From NCBI GenBank assembly GCA_040390235.1, contig JAZJYT010000029.1, forward strand, positions 1,473-65,472: 64,000 nt of DNA. The letters run 5' to 3'. Within the stretch, counting starts at the first letter, position 1; each line of letters starts with the position of its first letter. The translations under genes and the position numbers were made by a program. The notes below the pieces were generated by a model, which was given only the letters and a program-made list of their open reading frames with translations, was not told the DNA's origin and did not search any database. Of the stretch, positions 45,176-55,452 are shown one piece after another. The stretch is from Pseudomonadota bacterium. GTDB lineage: Bacteria; Pseudomonadota; Gammaproteobacteria; Burkholderiales; Burkholderiaceae_C.

Positions 45176-47464
45176 ATGACTTCCAAGAACAACCTGCCAG
45201 ATGAGTTCATCGGCACCGTCCAAGGCCACCGTGATGGCCATGGTTTTCTGCTGCGCGACGACGGCGAAAGCGACGTCTACCTGCCCCCCAACGAGATGCG
45301 CGCGGTGCTGCACAAGGACCGCGTCAAGGCGCGTATCGTGCGCCAGGATCGCAAGGGCCGGCCCGAGGGAAAAGTAGTCGAAATCGTCGAGCGGCCGCCG
45401 CAGCCCATCATCGGCCGGCTGTTGCAGGAAAGCGGCATCTGGCTGGTGGCGCCCGAAGACAAGCGCTACGGCCAGGATGTGCTGATCCCGAAGGGCGCCA
45501 CCGGCACGGCCAAGCCGGGGCAGGTGGTGGTGGTCGAACTGATCGAGCCGCCCGCGCTGTACGGCCAGCCGGTCGGCCGCGTGACCGAGGTGCTGGGCGA
45601 GGTCGATGACCCGGGCATGGAAATCGAGATCGCGGTACGCAAGTACGGCGTGCCGCATGAATTTTCCGAAGAATGCCTGGCCATGGCCAAGGGCCTGCCC
45701 GACAAGGTGCGCCCGCAGGACCGCAAGGACCGGGTCGACCTGCGCGACGTGCCGCTGGTGACCATCGACGGCGAAGACGCGCGCGACTTCGACGATGCGG
45801 TGTACTGCGAGCCCGCCAAGGTGGGCCGCGGCAAGGGCTGGCGGCTGCTGGTCGCCATTGCCGACGTGAGCAACTACGTGCACACCGGCAATGCGATCGA
45901 CATCGACGCCTACGACCGTGCCACCAGCGTGTACTTTCCGCGGCGTGTGATCCCCATGCTGCCCGAGAAACTGTCCAACGGCCTGTGTTCGCTCAACCCC
46001 GACGTGGAGCGCCTGTGCATGGTGTGCGACATGCTCGTCACCGCCAAGGGTGAGGTGCATGCCTACCAGTTCTACCCGGCGGTGATGTTCAGCCATGCAC
46101 GCTTCACCTACACCGAGGTGGCGGCCATCCTGTCGAACACCCGCGGGCCGGAAGCAGCCAAACGCAAGGAGCGCGTGACCGACCTGCTGAACCTGTCGGA
46201 CGTGTACCGCGCGCTGCTGGCGGCGCGCGCCGTGCGCGGCGCGGTGGACTTCGAGACCACCGAGACGCAGATCGTCTGCGACGAGAACGGCCGCATCGAG
46301 AAGATCGTGCCGCGCACCCGCAACGAGGCCCACCGCATCATCGAGGAGGCGATGCTCGCCGCCAACGTGTGCAGCGCCGACTTCATCCTGCAGAGCGGCC
46401 AGCCCGGCCTGTACCGGGTGCACGAGGGCCCCACGCCCGAGAAGAAGGAAATCCTGCGCGGCTACCTGAAGGCCATGGGCGTGGGCCTGACCATCGGCGA
46501 CGACCCCAAGCCCGGCGAGTTCCAGGCCATCGCCCAGGCCACCAAGGACCGGCCCGACGCGCAGCAGATCCACACCATGCTGCTGCGCTCGATGCAGCAG
46601 GCCATCTACACCCCCTTCAACAGCGGCCACTTCGGCCTGGCCTACGAGGCCTACACCCACTTCACCAGCCCGATCCGGCGCTACCCCGACCTGCTGGTGC
46701 ACCGGGTCATCAAGGCCATCCTGGGCGGCAAGCGCTACACGCTGCCCTCGCTGCCGACGCCGGGCGAGGCGCATGCCAAGCTGGCCAAGCGCCTGGCGCA
46801 GCGGGTCAAGGCGCCGACGCAGGCGCCCATGAAGGTCATGGCGTCGCCGGTCGAGATGCAGGCCTGGGAGGCCGCCGGCCTGCACTGCAGCGCCAACGAA
46901 CGCCGCGCCGACGAGGCCAGCCGCGACGTGGAAGCCTGGCTCAAGTGCAAGTACATGCGCGAGCACCTGGGCGAGGAATACGGCGGCGTGGTCACTGCGG
47001 TCACCACCTTCGGCATCTTCGTCACGCTCGACGCGATGTACGTCGAGGGCCTGGTACACATCACCGAACTGGGCGGCGAGTACTTCCGTTTCGACGAGGC
47101 GCGGCAGGAACTGCGCGGCGAGCGCACCGGCATCCGCTACGCGGTGGGCAGCCGGCTGCGGGTGCAGGTCAGCCGGGTCGACCTGGATGGCCGCAAGATC
47201 GACTTCCGCCTGGTGCGCGAGGGCGAGGAACTGCTGGCGGCACGGGCCCCGCGCGAAAAGGGCGGGGGTGGCCGCGAGGGCGGCGGTCCGTCCGCGGGCG
47301 CGGCCGAAAAGCGGCCGCCGCGTGCGCGCAGCCGCAATGCCGATGCGGGCGAGGGCGGCAGCGGCAGTGCCGGTGGTGGTGGCAGCCTGTCGCCGCTGCA
47401 GTCGCTGAAGGCTTCGGTGAAAAAGGCGGTTGCCAAGAGCAAGTCGCGTAAATCACGGCGCTAG
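45176..47464 (+). CDS. rnr: ribonuclease R
   Basis: From ATG 45176: ...GTVQGHRDGHGFLLRDD (cold-shock domain). The RNB domain has DGEDARDFDDAV...VYFPRRVIPMLPE...SPIRRYPDLLVHR. An S1 domain (GVVTAVTTFGIFVTLD) and a Gly/Arg/Lys-rich tail follow. Confidence 0.9.
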   Translation: MTSKNNLPDEFIGTVQGHRDGHGFLLRDDGESDVYLPPNEMRAVLHKDRVKARIVRQDRKGRPEGKVVEIVERPPQPIIGRLLQESGIWLVAPEDKRYGQDVLIPKGATGTAKPGQVVVVELIEPPALYGQPVGRVTEVLGEVDDPGMEIEIAVRKYGVPHEFSEECLAMAKGLPDKVRPQDRKDRVDLRDVPLVTIDGEDARDFDDAVYCEPAKVGRGKGWRLLVAIADVSNYVHTGNAIDIDAYDRATSVYFPRRVIPMLPEKLSNGLCSLNPDVERLCMVCDMLVTAKGEVHAYQFYPAVMFSHARFTYTEVAAILSNTRGPEAAKRKERVTDLLNLSDVYRALLAARAVRGAVDFETTETQIVCDENGRIEKIVPRTRNEAHRIIEEAMLAANVCSADFILQSGQPGLYRVHEGPTPEKKEILRGYLKAMGVGLTIGDDPKPGEFQAIAQATKDRPDAQQIHTMLLRSMQQAIYTPFNSGHFGLAYEAYTHFTSPIRRYPDLLVHRVIKAILGGKRYTLPSLPTPGEAHAKLAKRLAQRVKAPTQAPMKVMASPVEMQAWEAAGLHCSANERRADEASRDVEAWLKCKYMREHLGEEYGGVVTAVTTFGIFVTLDAMYVEGLVHITELGGEYFRFDEARQELRGERTGIRYAVGSRLRVQVSRVDLDGRKIDFRLVREGEELLAARAPREKGGGGREGGGPSAGAAEKRPPRARSRNADAGEGGSGSAGGGGSLSPLQSLKASVKKAVAKSKSRKSRR

Positions 47465-47516
47465 GCCGCGGCGGTAGGATCCGGGTTTTTCCATCCCCCT
47501 TAAAAAGAGACTTTCC

Positions 47517-48287
47517 ATGCAAGCCGAATCTTCCCCGCCCGTTCGCGGTGTTGCCATCGTCACCGGCGCGGGCTCCGGCATCGGCCGCGAGTCCGCCCTG
47601 GCCCTGCTGAAGGACGGCTGGCGCGTGGCGCTGGCCGGCCGCCGCGCCGAGCCGCTGGCCGAAACCGCCGACATGAGCGGCGCCGGCGACCGTGTGCTGG
47701 CCGTGCCTACCGACGTGGCCGACGCGGCCTCCGTCGCGGCGCTGTTCGCCAAGACGGTCGAGCGCTTCGGCCGCCTCGACCTGCTGTTCAACAACGCCGG
47801 CGTGACCAACCCGCCAGGCAATTTCATGGAATGGACGCCGGAGCAGTGGCGCGGTGTGGTGGATATCAACCTCAACGGCATGTTCTTCTGCCTGCAGCAG
47901 GCCTTCCGCACCATGAGCACGCAGACGCCCATGGGCGGGCGCATCATCAACAACGGCTCGATCTCGGCGCACACGCCGCGGCCCAACGCCGTGGCCTACA
48001 CCGCGACCAAACACGCGGTGATGGGGCTGACCAAGACGGCGGCGCTCGACGGCCGCAAGTACGACATCGCGGTCGGCCAGATCGACATCGGCAACGCCTG
48101 GACACCGCTGGCCTCGCGTATGGCCAAGGGGGTACCGCAGGCCAACGGCGACATCGCCGCCGAGCCGATGCTCGACGTCAAGGTGGTCGCCCATTCGGTG
48201 CTCTACATGGCCGGCCTGCCGCTGGACGCCAACGTGCTGTTCCACACGGTAATGGCCACGAAGATGCCCTTCGTCGGCCGCGGCTGA
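47517..48287 (+). CDS. SDR-family oxidoreductase
   Basis: 256 aa with [14 protein letters not shown] (TGxxxGxG), NNAG and YTATKHAV (YxxxK). Confidence 0.8.
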   Translation: MQAESSPPVRGVAIVTGAGSGIGRESALALLKDGWRVALAGRRAEPLAETADMSGAGDRVLAVPTDVADAASVAALFAKTVERFGRLDLLFNNAGVTNPPGNFMEWTPEQWRGVVDINLNGMFFCLQQAFRTMSTQTPMGGRIINNGSISAHTPRPNAVAYTATKHAVMGLTKTAALDGRKYDIAVGQIDIGNAWTPLASRMAKGVPQANGDIAAEPMLDVKVVAHSVLYMAGLPLDANVLFHTVMATKMPFVGRG

Positions 48288-48329
48288 AGCCGTGCGGGCT
48301 GGCGTCCCGCCAGCCCGCACAAGCATTGC

Positions 48330-49784
48330 CTAGATGCGCGATAACACCTGACCCGGGCGCAGGCCGGTGGACTGCCTGCCGTCCCATACACGCTGGCCGT
48401 TGACCCAGACCCCGGCGATGCCCTCGCTGGTCTGGATCGGCTGGTCGAAGGTGGCGGTATCTGCCACGCGCAACGGGTCGAACACCACCACGTCCGCGCG
48501 CAGGCCCGCGCGCAGCAGCCCGCGGTCGGCCAGCCCGTAGTTGGCTGCGGCAAGCCCCGTCATCTTGTGGATGGCGGCCTCCAGCGTCAGCAAGGCCTTG
48601 TCGCGCACCAGCCGCGACAGTACCCGGGTGAAGGTGCCCCACTGGCGCGGGTGCGGATGCGGGTCGAAGGGCAGGCCGTCGGAGCCGACCATGGTGCCCG
48701 GGTGGGCCATGATGCGTTCCACGTCGCCTTCGTCCATCAGGAAGTAGATGGCGCCCGCGGGCGCCAGGCGCTGCAGCATGCCGTCGTCATCCAGGCCCCA
48801 TTCGGCCTGGAGGTCGGCATAGTCCCGGCCCTGGGCCGAGGGTTCGCCTTTCGACCAGGCGATCATGGTGCGGCGCGCCAGCCGCACCCGGTCCAGCCGC
48901 AACATGGTGGAGGTGGCCGGATAGGGGTGGCAGTCGAGGCAGACGGGCTGCAGCGTGCCCGCCCGGTCGATGCGGGCCAGTGTTTCCACCGAGCGGCCGT
49001 GGTTGCGTTCACCCGCCAGCTTGTGGTGGGAGAACACCACGCGTGCCTGCATGGCCCGGCCGATGGCGAGTGCTTCGTCGATCGCCTCGTCGATGCGGTC
49101 GGCCTCGTCGCGCAGGTGGGTGGCATAGACCATGCCGGGGCGGCCGCGCATGGGCTCGCCCACCGCCATCACTTCCTCGGCCGTCGCATGCTGGGCGGGT
49201 GGGTAGAACAGGCCGGTGGACATACCGAAGGCCCCCGCATCCAGTGCTGCCGCCAGCAGGCGCTGCATGCGCCGGCATTCCTCGGCGGTGGCGACACGCT
49301 GCAGGTCGTCCATCACACTCACCCGCAGGCTGGCGTGGCCGACCAGGGGAATCACGTTGACCGCCGGCGGCGCCTGCCGCAGTGCCTGCATCCAGGCATC
49401 GAAGCTGGCATAGCGGAACAGTTCGGAGGGCCCCAGCAGGTCCAGCGGCTGGGGCAGCTCGCGGCCCGGCAGCATGGGGGCCAGGCTCACGCCGCAGTTG
49501 CCGGTGACCACCGTGGTCACCCCCTGCGACACCTTGGGCACCATGTCCGGGTGCGTCAGCAGGTAGCCATCGTCGTGTGTATGGGAGTCGATGAAGCCCG
49601 GCGCCACCGCAAGGCCGGTGACATCCACCACGTCCGCGCCAGGCGCCGCCGCGCCCGGTTCCAGCACGGCCGCGATGGTCTCGCCGTCGATCAGCAGGTC
49701 GGCCAGCCGCGGCGCGGCGCCGCTGCCGTCGATCAGGCTGCCGCCACGCAGTACCAGGCGCGTTCGCAAGAGGCTGGCCGCCAT
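48330..49784 (-). CDS. N-acyl-D-amino-acid deacylase (D-aminoacylase, amidohydrolase superfamily)
   Basis: 484 aa: ...VAPGFIDSHTHDD (metal-binding HxH) ...THLRDE...; overall D-aminoacylase-like layout. Its start overlaps the stop of the upstream Bug gene by 1 nt. Confidence 0.75.
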   Translation of the reverse strand: MAASLLRTRLVLRGGSLIDGSGAAPRLADLLIDGETIAAVLEPGAAAPGADVVDVTGLAVAPGFIDSHTHDDGYLLTHPDMVPKVSQGVTTVVTGNCGVSLAPMLPGRELPQPLDLLGPSELFRYASFDAWMQALRQAPPAVNVIPLVGHASLRVSVMDDLQRVATAEECRRMQRLLAAALDAGAFGMSTGLFYPPAQHATAEEVMAVGEPMRGRPGMVYATHLRDEADRIDEAIDEALAIGRAMQARVVFSHHKLAGERNHGRSVETLARIDRAGTLQPVCLDCHPYPATSTMLRLDRVRLARRTMIAWSKGEPSAQGRDYADLQAEWGLDDDGMLQRLAPAGAIYFLMDEGDVERIMAHPGTMVGSDGLPFDPHPHPRQWGTFTRVLSRLVRDKALLTLEAAIHKMTGLAAANYGLADRGLLRAGLRADVVVFDPLRVADTATFDQPIQTSEGIAGVWVNGQRVWDGRQSTGLRPGQVLSRI

Positions 49785-50773
49785 CAGTCGAGCTTCTCGA
49801 TGTGGGCGCGCTCGATCAGCTCGCCCCAGCGCCTGGTTTCGCGGTCGATCATGCGCTGGAAGTCGGCCGGCGAGCCGCCTGCGGGCACGGCACCCAGCTT
49901 GGCCAGACCGTCGCGCACGGCGGGCGTGGCCAGGGCGGCGTTGATGGCGGTGTTGAGCTTCTGCACGATTTCCTGCGGCGTGCCGCGCGGTGCCACCACA
50001 CCGCCCCAGGACACGGTCTCGTAGCCCTTCACGCCGGCTTCGTCCAGGGTCGGCACGCCGGGCAGCATCGGCAGGCGCTTGAGGCTGCTCACGCCCAGGG
50101 CGCGCACCTTGCCGGACGTGACCAGGGGGCCGACTTCGGAGGAGTTCGCGAACAGGTAGTCGATGCGGCCACCCAGCAGGTCCTGCAGTGCGGCCGGGCC
50201 GCCGTTGTAGGGCACGTACAGCACGTCGATCTTCGCCATGCTGCGGAACAGCTCGCCGCCCATGTGGCCGGTGGTGCCGACGCCGGGTGCACCGAAGGCG
50301 AGCTTGCCGGGTTCCTTGCGCGCGGTGGCCAGCAGGCCGGCGACGTCGCGGATCGGCGACTCGTTGCGCACGATCAGCACGTTGTACAGGTCGAAGGCGT
50401 GGGCGATGGGCACCAGGTCGGCGTCCGCGTCGTAGGGCAGCTTCTTGAACAGGCTGCGGTTGACCGCCAGCGTGTTCACGTTGCCGTAGCCGATGGTGTA
50501 GCCGTCGGCGGGCTTGTTCTTGATCTGCAGGATGCCGATGTTGCCCGCCGCGCCGGGACGGTTCTCGATGACCAGCGGCACGCCCAGCGAATGCGTCAGC
50601 TCGTTGGTCAGCAGGCGCGACAGCACGTCGGGGGAGCCGCCGGCGGCAGAAGGCACCACGAAGGTGATGGGCTTGTCGGGCCAGGTGGCGGCCCCGGCAG
50701 GGGCGGTGCCGGCCAGCAGGCCGGCGGCAGCGGCCACGGTGGCCAGGAGTCGGGAGGGGAGTTTGCCGAACAT
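49784..50773 (-). CDS. Bug-family (TctC-like) tripartite tricarboxylate transporter substrate-binding protein
   Basis: 329 aa with a signal peptide. It reads ...WPDKPITFVVPSAAGGSPDVLSRLL...VENRPGAAGNIG...YVPYNGGPAAL.., the Bug family signature. No tctA/tctB is adjacent. Confidence 0.85.
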   Translation of the reverse strand: MFGKLPSRLLATVAAAAGLLAGTAPAGAATWPDKPITFVVPSAAGGSPDVLSRLLTNELTHSLGVPLVIENRPGAAGNIGILQIKNKPADGYTIGYGNVNTLAVNRSLFKKLPYDADADLVPIAHAFDLYNVLIVRNESPIRDVAGLLATARKEPGKLAFGAPGVGTTGHMGGELFRSMAKIDVLYVPYNGGPAALQDLLGGRIDYLFANSSEVGPLVTSGKVRALGVSSLKRLPMLPGVPTLDEAGVKGYETVSWGGVVAPRGTPQEIVQKLNTAINAALATPAVRDGLAKLGAVPAGGSPADFQRMIDRETRRWGELIERAHIEKLD

Positions 50774-50830
50774 GGGGCGTGCTTTCAGGTCAAGGGTTTG
50801 TCGGGGCAGTGGGGGGCTTCGCGGCCGGCC

Positions 50831-51781
50831 TCAGGGCAGCGGGTCGCCGGCGCCGGTGCGCTCGACGATCAGCCGGTAGTGCTCGGGGCGGCGGTGCTGG
50901 GCGAAATTGAAAACGTGCCGGCGGAAGTGCTCGCCCAGCGAGAGGTCGGCACGCACGCAGATCACCTCGTCTTCTTCCGTGAGCGTGCGGGCCACGATTT
51001 CGCCGGTCGGGGCCACGATCACGGAGCTGCCGATCATGTGGTGCCCGTCCTCCGAGCCGCACTTGGCCGCTGCCGCGACCCAGATGCCGTTCTGGTAGGC
51101 ATTGGCCTGCAGCGACACCAGGTGCGTGGTGGTGCGCAGGTGCACCGGTTCGTTCCAGTGGATGTTGAGCGAAGGCGTGTTGTAGCCCAGCACCACGACC
51201 TCCGCGCTTTGCAGCGCCATCACGCGGTAGGTCTCGGGCCAGCGGCGGTCGTTGCACAGGCACATGCCCATGTTCACGCCATCGGCATCGAAGACACGGA
51301 AACCCAGGTCACCCACGTCGAAGAACTTCTTCTCCAGGTGCTGGAACGGCGCTTCGGGCTTGTGGTCGGAATGTCCCGGCAGGTGGATCTTGCGGTAGCG
51401 GCCGACGATGCGGCCGTCGCGGGCGACGATCACCGCACTGTTGTACGGCCGGCCTTCGGGGCTGATTTCGGCGTAGCCGAGGTAGAAGCCCACGCCCAGG
51501 CGGCGTGCCTCGTCGAACAGCGGCTGCGTCGCCGGGCCGGGCAGGCTGCGTTCGAAGAAGCGTTCCTGCGCCTCCTGCTCGGACATCCAGTACCGCGGGA
51601 AAAAGGTGGTGAGGGCGAGTTCGGGAAAGGTCACGAACTCCGCACCGCGGCTGTGCGCTTCGCGCAGCATAGCCACCAGGCGGGCCACGACGGACTCACG
51701 GCTGTCGGCGAGGTGGACGGGGCCCAGCTGGGCGACGGCGAGGCCCAGGGTTCGGGGCTGCGGGGAGGGGGGTGAACTCAT
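50831..51781 (-). CDS. N-carbamoyl-D-amino-acid hydrolase (nitrilase superfamily)
   Basis: 316 aa, matching my recollection of the Agrobacterium D-carbamoylase over long blocks: FPELALTTFFPR, YRKIHLPGH, FQHLEKKFF, GDLGF, CNDRRWPE, VAPTGEIVA, FNFAQHRRPEHY. The Glu-Lys-Cys triad context is preserved. Confidence 0.85.
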   Translation of the reverse strand: MSSPPSPQPRTLGLAVAQLGPVHLADSRESVVARLVAMLREAHSRGAEFVTFPELALTTFFPRYWMSEQEAQERFFERSLPGPATQPLFDEARRLGVGFYLGYAEISPEGRPYNSAVIVARDGRIVGRYRKIHLPGHSDHKPEAPFQHLEKKFFDVGDLGFRVFDADGVNMGMCLCNDRRWPETYRVMALQSAEVVVLGYNTPSLNIHWNEPVHLRTTTHLVSLQANAYQNGIWVAAAAKCGSEDGHHMIGSSVIVAPTGEIVARTLTEEDEVICVRADLSLGEHFRRHVFNFAQHRRPEHYRLIVERTGAGDPLP

Positions 51782-51871
51782 GTTTGGCGGCGTTGCGAAC
51801 GCGAAAAGGTTTGACGCCGTCGATTATTCGAAGCCGCCGTTTTTTCGTCGAATGCCGCTTTGTCTCTCGCC

Positions 51872-51888
51872 CTTAACTGCAAGTTAAG
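51872..51888. promoter_or_regulatory. LysR-type T-N11-A palindromic box
   Basis: CTTAAC-TGCAA-GTTAAG is a perfect 6-5-6 palindrome between the LysR gene and the D-carbamoylase start. Confidence 0.4.
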
Positions 51889-51945
51889 GTCTGTCCCGCA
51901 ACTGGTGCGGGCTGTGCGGTGATGCACCGCAGCAATGCGGTGCGC

Positions 51946-52869
51946 TCAGCCGAAAGTGCCGTCGTCGACGAACGGCATGGCCATGCCGCGCTGCAGCAAT
52001 ACGCTGTGCAGGGCGCGCAGGAAGGCCTGCGCTGCGGGGGAGAGTGGCTGTGTGTTCAGGTGCACCAGATCGGCCACGATGGGGTGGGCATCCCGCACCG
52101 GGATCACCCGGAAGTGCGAGTCCAGCCAGCCCTGCAGCGAGAACTCGTCCACCAGTGCGACCCCGCCGCCCGCGTGCACCAGCGAGCAGGCGTAGTGGGG
52201 CGAGTCCACCTCGACGCCCATATTGGGCACGGCCTCCTGGGCGGCGAACATCTGGTCGATGCGCATGCCCAGCGGGGTGCCGTGCGAATAGCCGATGAGC
52301 TCATGCCCGACCAGCTCGTCCACGCCCACGTCGGCCAGGGCCGCCAGGGGGTGGTTGCGCGGGCAGATGCAGACCAGCCGACTGCGCGCCAGCGGCCGTG
52401 TGGTCAGGTTGGGATGGTCGACCGGAAAGGTCGAGATGCCCAGGTCCGCCCGCTGCTGCAGCACCCGCTCCTTGAGCGGCTCATGGGTGAGGCAGTGGAA
52501 ATGAACGCGTACTTCCGGCAGGTTGATGCGCAACTGCGCGATGGCCAGCGGCACCAGCATCTGCCCGAAGCTCGGACTCGACAGGATGCTCACCAGGCCC
52601 CGGCGGCGCATCGCCAAGTCGTGCGACAGCGTGCCGATGCGCTGGACGCCGCCGTATACCTGTTCCACCTCCAGGTACAGTCGGCGCGCCTCCGCCGTCG
52701 GGTGCAGGCGGCCCTTGATGCGCTCGAACAGCACGAGGCCCAGCCGGCTCTCGGTATGCGACAGCAGGCGGCTGACGGCCGGCACGGACACATGCAGCAG
52801 GCGCGCCGCGCCGCTGACCGAGCCAGTCAGCATCACAGCCCGGAACACCTCGATCTGGCGCAGGTTCAT
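51946..52869 (-). CDS. LysR-family transcriptional regulator
   Basis: 307 aa: MNLRQIEVFRAVMLTGSVSGAARLLHVSVPAVSRLLSHTESRLGLVLFER... (wHTH) plus a LysR substrate-binding domain. Confidence 0.85.
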   Translation of the reverse strand: MNLRQIEVFRAVMLTGSVSGAARLLHVSVPAVSRLLSHTESRLGLVLFERIKGRLHPTAEARRLYLEVEQVYGGVQRIGTLSHDLAMRRRGLVSILSSPSFGQMLVPLAIAQLRINLPEVRVHFHCLTHEPLKERVLQQRADLGISTFPVDHPNLTTRPLARSRLVCICPRNHPLAALADVGVDELVGHELIGYSHGTPLGMRIDQMFAAQEAVPNMGVEVDSPHYACSLVHAGGGVALVDEFSLQGWLDSHFRVIPVRDAHPIVADLVHLNTQPLSPAAQAFLRALHSVLLQRGMAMPFVDDGTFG

Positions 52870-54407
52870 GCTGCTCTCCCGCTATTGCGGGCCAGCAGGC
52901 CGGCCGTGAGCGGCTGGCTCGCCGGCCAGCGGTCGGCCAGCGCGCCGTGTTCGTATACGGCCGCCGTGGCGGCTTCAAAGGCATCCATGCCGCCCGCCAG
53001 CCGGGCGCCCACCATGCCGGCCAGCACATCGCCGGTGCCGGCCGTCGCCAGCCGGCCGTTGCCGGTGGGATTGAGTGATACCCGGCCATCCGGCGCCGCG
53101 ACCACCGTGCCCGAACCCTTGAGCACCGCCACGCAGCCGAATCGCCGGGCCAGGGTGCGGGCGGTGTCCAGCCGGTCGGCCTGTACCTCGGCGGCTTTAC
53201 GGTCCAGCAGGCGGCCGGCTTCCAGGGGGTGGGGTGTCAGCACCGTGGGCGCGCCGCGTGCCGCGCGGTGCTCCAGCAGGTGCTGCAGGGTCTCGTCGGC
53301 CGCGATGGCGTTCAGCGCATCGGCGTCCAGCACCAGTCGGGACGATTCGCCGAGCACGCGGGGCAGGGCCTCGCGCACGGCCTCGCCGCCGCCGCAGCCG
53401 CAGACCACGGCACCGAGGTGCAGGTCCAGCGCGGCCAGGGTGCGCAGCATCAGTTCGGGCTGTGCCACGTCGATGGTCACGCCCGCGTTGCCGTCCAGCA
53501 AGGCCAGCAGCACCCGGCCGGCGCCGGCATGCAGGGCGGCGGTGGCGGCCAGCACGGCGGCACCGGTCATGCCCATGCCGCGCCGGCCCAGGCCTTCGCC
53601 GCCGACCACGGCCACGTCGCCGTAGCGGCCCTTGTGGGTGGCGTGGGGGCGCTGTGCGGTGGGCGGCGGGCCCGCCAGCCAGGCGGTGGGGGGTACACCG
53701 CCATCGGTGCCGGCCGGGTCGATATCCAGGGTATCCCGCCACACGGTGCCGGCGGCGTCGCGCCCCTCGGCGGTGAACAGGCCGGGTTTCAGGGTCAGCA
53801 GCGCCAGCGTGTGCCGGTGTTGCCGGTGCGGGGAGGGCGCGTCTGCCGCCGGGTGGCCGGGTTCCGTGCCGGTGGACCACTGGCCGGTATCGGCCCGCAG
53901 GCCGGAGGGAAGGTCCACCGCCAGGACCGGGCATGGCACCTCGCGCAGGGCCCGGAGGGCCTTGGCCAGCCAGGGAGGCGGCTCGCGGCCGGTGGCGGCG
54001 CTGGCGCCGAGCCCCAGCAGGGCGTCGATACACAGGTCCTGCGCCGCCAGGCCCGGCGGACAGCCATCGGCGAAGGCCACGCCGGCTTCCCGCGCGCGGG
54101 CCAGCGCGGCGGCCGCGTCCGCCGGCAGGCGGCCGGGGTCGCCGGCCAGGGTCACGGTGACCGGCCGGCCGGCCCGGTGCAGCAGGGTCGCGGCTTCCAG
54201 CCCGTCGCCGCCGTTGTTGCCGGGCCCGCAGGCAATCCACACCATGCGGGCGTGCGGCGCCAGGGCGCCGGCCAGCTGGGCTAGGGCGGCACCGGCGCGC
54301 CGCATCAGCGTGTGGGGCGGCAGGCCGGCCAGGGAGGCCTTTTCGATACGCCGGGTGGCGGCGGTGTCGAAAAGCGGCCAGGGGCGGTCGGGTGTGGTGC
54401 GTTCCAT
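52866..54407 (-). CDS. nnr: bifunctional NAD(P)H-hydrate repair enzyme (epimerase + ADP-dependent dehydratase, YjeF)
   Basis: From ATG 54407. The N-terminal YjeF_N domain has ...ACGPGNNGGDGLEAA.... The C-terminal kinase-like domain has ...HKGRYGDVAVVGG...VLKGSGTVVA...NGRLATAGTGDVLAG. Its stop overlaps the LysR start by 4 nt. Confidence 0.85.
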   Translation of the reverse strand: MERTTPDRPWPLFDTAATRRIEKASLAGLPPHTLMRRAGAALAQLAGALAPHARMVWIACGPGNNGGDGLEAATLLHRAGRPVTVTLAGDPGRLPADAAAALARAREAGVAFADGCPPGLAAQDLCIDALLGLGASAATGREPPPWLAKALRALREVPCPVLAVDLPSGLRADTGQWSTGTEPGHPAADAPSPHRQHRHTLALLTLKPGLFTAEGRDAAGTVWRDTLDIDPAGTDGGVPPTAWLAGPPPTAQRPHATHKGRYGDVAVVGGEGLGRRGMGMTGAAVLAATAALHAGAGRVLLALLDGNAGVTIDVAQPELMLRTLAALDLHLGAVVCGCGGGEAVREALPRVLGESSRLVLDADALNAIAADETLQHLLEHRAARGAPTVLTPHPLEAGRLLDRKAAEVQADRLDTARTLARRFGCVAVLKGSGTVVAAPDGRVSLNPTGNGRLATAGTGDVLAGMVGARLAGGMDAFEAATAAVYEHGALADRWPASQPLTAGLLARNSGRAA

Positions 54408-54591
54408 GGGGATGCGGGTATCTCCGGGGGTGGTATACTGCGAGGCTTCGTCCAAGGGTCCCAGTGGGGTCTGTGGGCGGAGAAATCGCAAACCGGTCCC
54501 CTCAAGGTGTGCGGCTTCGGCGGGCAGTTTTTCTGCGCTGCCGGGCGGCATGACGGGCCGGATTTAAGACCCAACCTTTGGAGTATCAACT

Positions 54592-55347
54592 ATGTCCGCA
54601 ACCATGCGCGAAATGCTGGAAGCCGGTGTCCACTTCGGTCACCAAACCCGCTTCTGGAACCCCAAGATGGCCCCGTACATCTTCGGTCATCGCAACAAGA
54701 TCCACATCATCAACCTGGAAAAGACGCTCCCGCTCTTCCAGGAAGCCGAAAAGTTCGTCAAGCAGCTGGCTGCCAACCGCGGCACCATCCTGTTCGTCGG
54801 CACCAAGCGCCAGGCCCGTGAAACGGTGTCGGCCGAAGCGCAGCGCGCCGGCAGCCCCTTCGTCGACCAGCGCTGGCTCGGCGGCATGCTGACCAACTTC
54901 AAGACGGTCAAGACCTCCATCAAGCGCCTGAAGGACCTGAAGGCCCAGCAGGAAGCCGGCCTGGGCGCGATGAGCAAGAAGGAACAGCTCACCTTCACCC
55001 GCGAAATCGACAAGCTCGAAAAGGACATCGGCGGCATCCAGGACATGGCTGCGCTGCCCGACGCCATCTTCGTCATCGACGTGGGCTACCACAAGATCGC
55101 GATTTCCGAAGCCAAGAAGCTCGGCATTCCGCTGATCGGCGTGGTCGACTCCAACCACTCGCCCGAAGGCATCGACTACGTGATTCCCGGCAATGACGAC
55201 TCGTCCAAGGCCGTCGCGCTGTACGCCCGCGGCATTGCCGACGCCGTGCTCGAAGGCCGCGCCAGCTCTGGCAACGAAATCGTCAAGGCTGCCGGTACTG
55301 GCGGCGGCGAAGAGTTCGTGGAAGTCGAAGAGGGTGCTGCCGCCTGA
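54592..55347 (+). CDS. rpsB: 30S ribosomal protein S2
   Basis: [45 protein letters not shown]... Confidence 0.97.
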   Translation: MSATMREMLEAGVHFGHQTRFWNPKMAPYIFGHRNKIHIINLEKTLPLFQEAEKFVKQLAANRGTILFVGTKRQARETVSAEAQRAGSPFVDQRWLGGMLTNFKTVKTSIKRLKDLKAQQEAGLGAMSKKEQLTFTREIDKLEKDIGGIQDMAALPDAIFVIDVGYHKIAISEAKKLGIPLIGVVDSNHSPEGIDYVIPGNDDSSKAVALYARGIADAVLEGRASSGNEIVKAAGTGGGEEFVEVEEGAAA

Positions 55348-55373
55348 GCGGTAAGCGTCCCTGCCGCCACGGA

Positions 55374-55400
55374 AAGGGGCTCATATGCCCCTTTTTTTTA
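55374..55400 (+). terminator. rho-independent terminator/attenuator between rpsB and tsf
   Basis: aggggc-tcatat-gcccct followed by tttttttt. Confidence 0.7.
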
Positions 55401-55452
55401 GCCGGCGGCGTCCTGGTTGTGAAGAATTGAACTGCATACGGAGAAAAGACTG

